Below are positions 61,493 through 64,000 of a DNA stretch of 64,000 nucleotides, one piece after another (the stretch's first letter is position 1; the number at the start of each line of letters is the position of its first letter). The translations under genes were made by a program, and so were the position numbers. The stretch lies in contig CDMY01000200.1 in NCBI GenBank assembly GCA_001179505.1, positions 1-64,000 of the forward strand, given 5' to 3'. Below the pieces are notes generated by a model, which worked only from the letters and a program-made list of their open reading frames with translations, ran no database searches and was not told the DNA's origin. Source of the DNA: Vitrella brassicaformis CCMP3155. Lineage: Eukaryota > Protista > Chromerida.

Positions 61493-64000
61493 TCAGTCCC
61501 CAAAAGCCCTTGTCCACAGCTCCCTTTCCCTGGCCGCCTCGCCCTCCTGTCCCACAAGCTCCTCCGCTTCCCTTCTCAGCCTCCGCAGCCAAGTCACCAG
61601 CTCCGTCAACAGCTCTCTAGAGCCAGGTGTCCTCGCTATTCGCTCTCTTTCCCCGTCGTGCTCTGTGCGATCCCTGTCCAGTGCAGCCATCCACTTCCAC
61701 AGGTAGTAAGCAGCACCAAATCGAAGGAGCTCGCCGAGAGAGACGACTGAATCACAATCCTGAGGGGCCGCGACCGCACCATCGTCACGGAACAAGAAAC
61801 CCGGACGCCTTGTCGCTTCTTGAGGCGGTTCAGGGACCAGTGGAGAGTAGTCGGGGCCGCCTTCAGGGCCGAATGGCGGGAGGTTTGCATAGCTCTTGAC
61901 TTGGACATTCTGCTCGAGCCTCTCCGCAAGCTTCCGCACCAAATCGGGGCCCTCGCTCTCACTCTCGTCGCTTGCCCCTGCCGCACTGGCGCTCTCTTCT
62001 GTCTCATCCTCATCTCTCCTCGCGGCATCATCAGAGGGGCAGACAGATGGAGGGGCCGGGGGATGAGGCACCGCGTCGAGATCACCCCAAGCAGGGAGGG
62101 GGCCGTGCTCCTCCCGTGGTGGCGGCTCACCCTGGCCGTTCTCCTCTGCATCTTCAGCATACTGCGGAAGGGTCACCTGGTGGCACATGGTTGCCGTTGT
62201 GGGCATCTCACTGAGAGGCAACACGGGGTAGATGAGCCCACTGACATCCAACTTGGGTGTGGGTGTCGGCAGCGGTCCTCTTGTCAGCTCGATAAGGGCG
62301 AAGCGCGGCAGATTGTTGACGTCGATCCAAGCGGACGGCAGATTCAGCAGCCAGTCCACTATGACCTGCTGCTCACTCGTGACGCTCTCCACCTCTTCTG
62401 CTTCTTCTGGCTCCTCTCCCTTTGCCTCTCCCTCTGGCTCCTTTGTCTTTCCCTCTTCTGGCTCCCTCTCGACCACCACCGCACCTTCCCCGGGCGCCTC
62501 AAGGCGTGCTGCCGGTGTCGTGACATCCTCGCCTCCTTCCAGCCCTTCTCGCTCCTCTGGAGGGGCCGTGGGCTCTGGTGGCTCTGGTGGCTCTGTCGGC
62601 TCTGGTGGCTCTGGTGGCTCCGTCGGCTCTGCTCCGGGGGCTGGAGCGGGTGGCTCTGCTGGAGGGGAAGGGGGTGGTGGTTCTGCCGGCGGCTCCGATG
62701 ACTCGGGGGGAGGCTGCTTGGGAGGGGGAGGGGAAATCTCGGGGCCAACCTCCTTCGCTTTCGCTCGCCTGCAGAGTGGACACATGGGAGCAGTGATCAA
62801 TCGCTGTTGTGATGCCCGGTGTTCGTGGCCGGTTACCATCTTGGCAGGAGTGTTGTCCTGAAGATGGACCAGAGAGCGTCGGAGGCCTCGGTGCGCAGGC
62901 TGGCATCGGCCAGCACTTGCGACACGAACTCCCGGCCGAGCTCGAGCGTGGCGCTGTCCTTCATGACCTGGGCCGTCACGTGCTGGGCCTGACATGACAC
63001 ACGACACACACATATAGACTCGCACTGGCATGGACACCGATGTGTGAAATGGGCGTCTTGTGAGGAGGTACCAGGTCCACACAGTACTGTCGCACAACCT
63101 CCGAATTAAGAACAGTGTCGGTGCTGAACATCGAACACAGACGAAAACCATTGTTTGTGTTGCCATCTTTCGTTGCCGTGCTTGGCGTCAGGCGTCCTTA
63201 CACTAAATGCTGGGCGGATTCCCGGACATCCTGCAGCAGGAAACGAAACACCAAATAAGTGAAATGACACAACGCAGGAGCCCTTCCATGTCCATCTTGC
63301 TCACATCTCGCTCGAGCAGGACGCCACACCACTCCCCCGCTGCTTTCTGCGCCGATGGACTGCATCATAACGCATCGCATTGAGACCAAAAGCCATCCAT
63401 CACTGCGGCATTCGCATCTTCTTTCGCTTACAGGAAAATGGCCATCACAAGCAGATCAGACACCTGCTGCTGCACAGTCGGGCTCGACGTCAGGTTCCTG
63501 CAGGCGGACATCCACCACACACACATCTGGCTGTTTGTATGCGCCGCCGTCGGCACATGCAGTGGTGGTGGTCGGCTGTCTCACTTGACGATGTCGTTTG
63601 AGATCTGCATGACTTTGTCCATGACGACCTGGGTGTTGAGCGTCCGCACCACCAAAGAGGCCAGCTCGTTCTCCTGACATGACGACACCATGTCAACAAA
63701 CAGAGGCCTGGTGGGAGTGTCGTGCAGCGTGTGGCGAGGCTGCATACCGAGGATGCGAGTATCTCCATGAACCACTTTTGAACGAGCTGCTGGACCTATC
63801 AGACAGGCAGACAGACACACAAGGATGCAGCAGTGAGAAGAACGGCAAGGGCTGTAATGGTGCTCACCCTCTGGTCCTGCAGGACGTCATCGATCAACTG
63901 CTTGGAGAACTGATTCGCTGGCCCGCCACACAGCAAGGCACACAGCCACAGTAATTTGACGGACGAAGCATGAACGATCAGCGTACCAGTGAACTGCAGC
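61493..64000 (-). CDS. Hypothetical protein, 5'-partial: helical N-terminal part, Pro/Glu-rich linker, C-terminal region
   Basis: Exons NQFSKQLIDDVLQDQR|VQQLVQKWFMEILAS|ENELASLVVRTLNTQVVMDKVMQISNDIVK ... AQHVTAQVMKDSATLELGREFVSQVLADASLRTEASDALWSIFRTTLLPRW splice in phase to a ~1.27 kb last exon ending WTRAFGD*. Confidence 0.6.
62563..62630. repeat. Coding 9-nt tandem repeat (ggctctggt-type) encoding EPP/EPT on the minus strand
   Basis: gccgtgggctctggtggctctggtggctctgtcggctctggtggctctggtggctccgtcggctct, translating to AEPTEPPEPPEPTEPPEPPEPTA. Confidence 0.85.

Overview
Eukaryotic, GC-rich, intron-dense genomic DNA. Introns are short and filled with (GT)n/(GTCT)n/(CA)n microsatellites. The gene content (SAS6L, apicomplexan-type calcineurin A, RSP3, an expanded ankyrin family) suggests a chromerid alveolate such as Vitrella; this is an inference and was not verified. 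Most entries in the six-frame ORF track are exon fragments or antisense noise, so I built spliced gene models by eye from GT-AG boundaries and protein motifs. Genes in order: kinase fragment (-), secreted bacterial-type subtilase with Glu at the catalytic His position (+), secreted Cys/His/Pro-rich EF-hand protein (-), calcineurin A (-), SAS6L (+), orphan gene with a DEAH-helicase motif V segment (-), Tyr/Pro/Ala-rich protein ending KKKKKGCC (+), YheT/ABHD hydrolase (-), a ~15 kb array of ankyrin-repeat paralogs (22.2-36.9 kb; five long copies and two fragments), SBP2 (-), RSP3 (+), one-domain PDI with an ERp29-type C-terminus (-), Sec31 (+), SAM-like protein (+), coiled-coil protein (-) and a Pro/Glu-rich hypothetical (-). 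The most notable feature is the ankyrin array. Its repeats vary at the positions that form the ligand-binding face, its C-terminal domain is conserved and may contain an F-box-like motif, its copies look mosaic, and it is built from a duplicated head-to-head gene pair sharing a promoter with telomere-like palindromes. Three 300-N gaps limit certainty. I found no rRNA, tRNA, CRISPR array or clear transposase.
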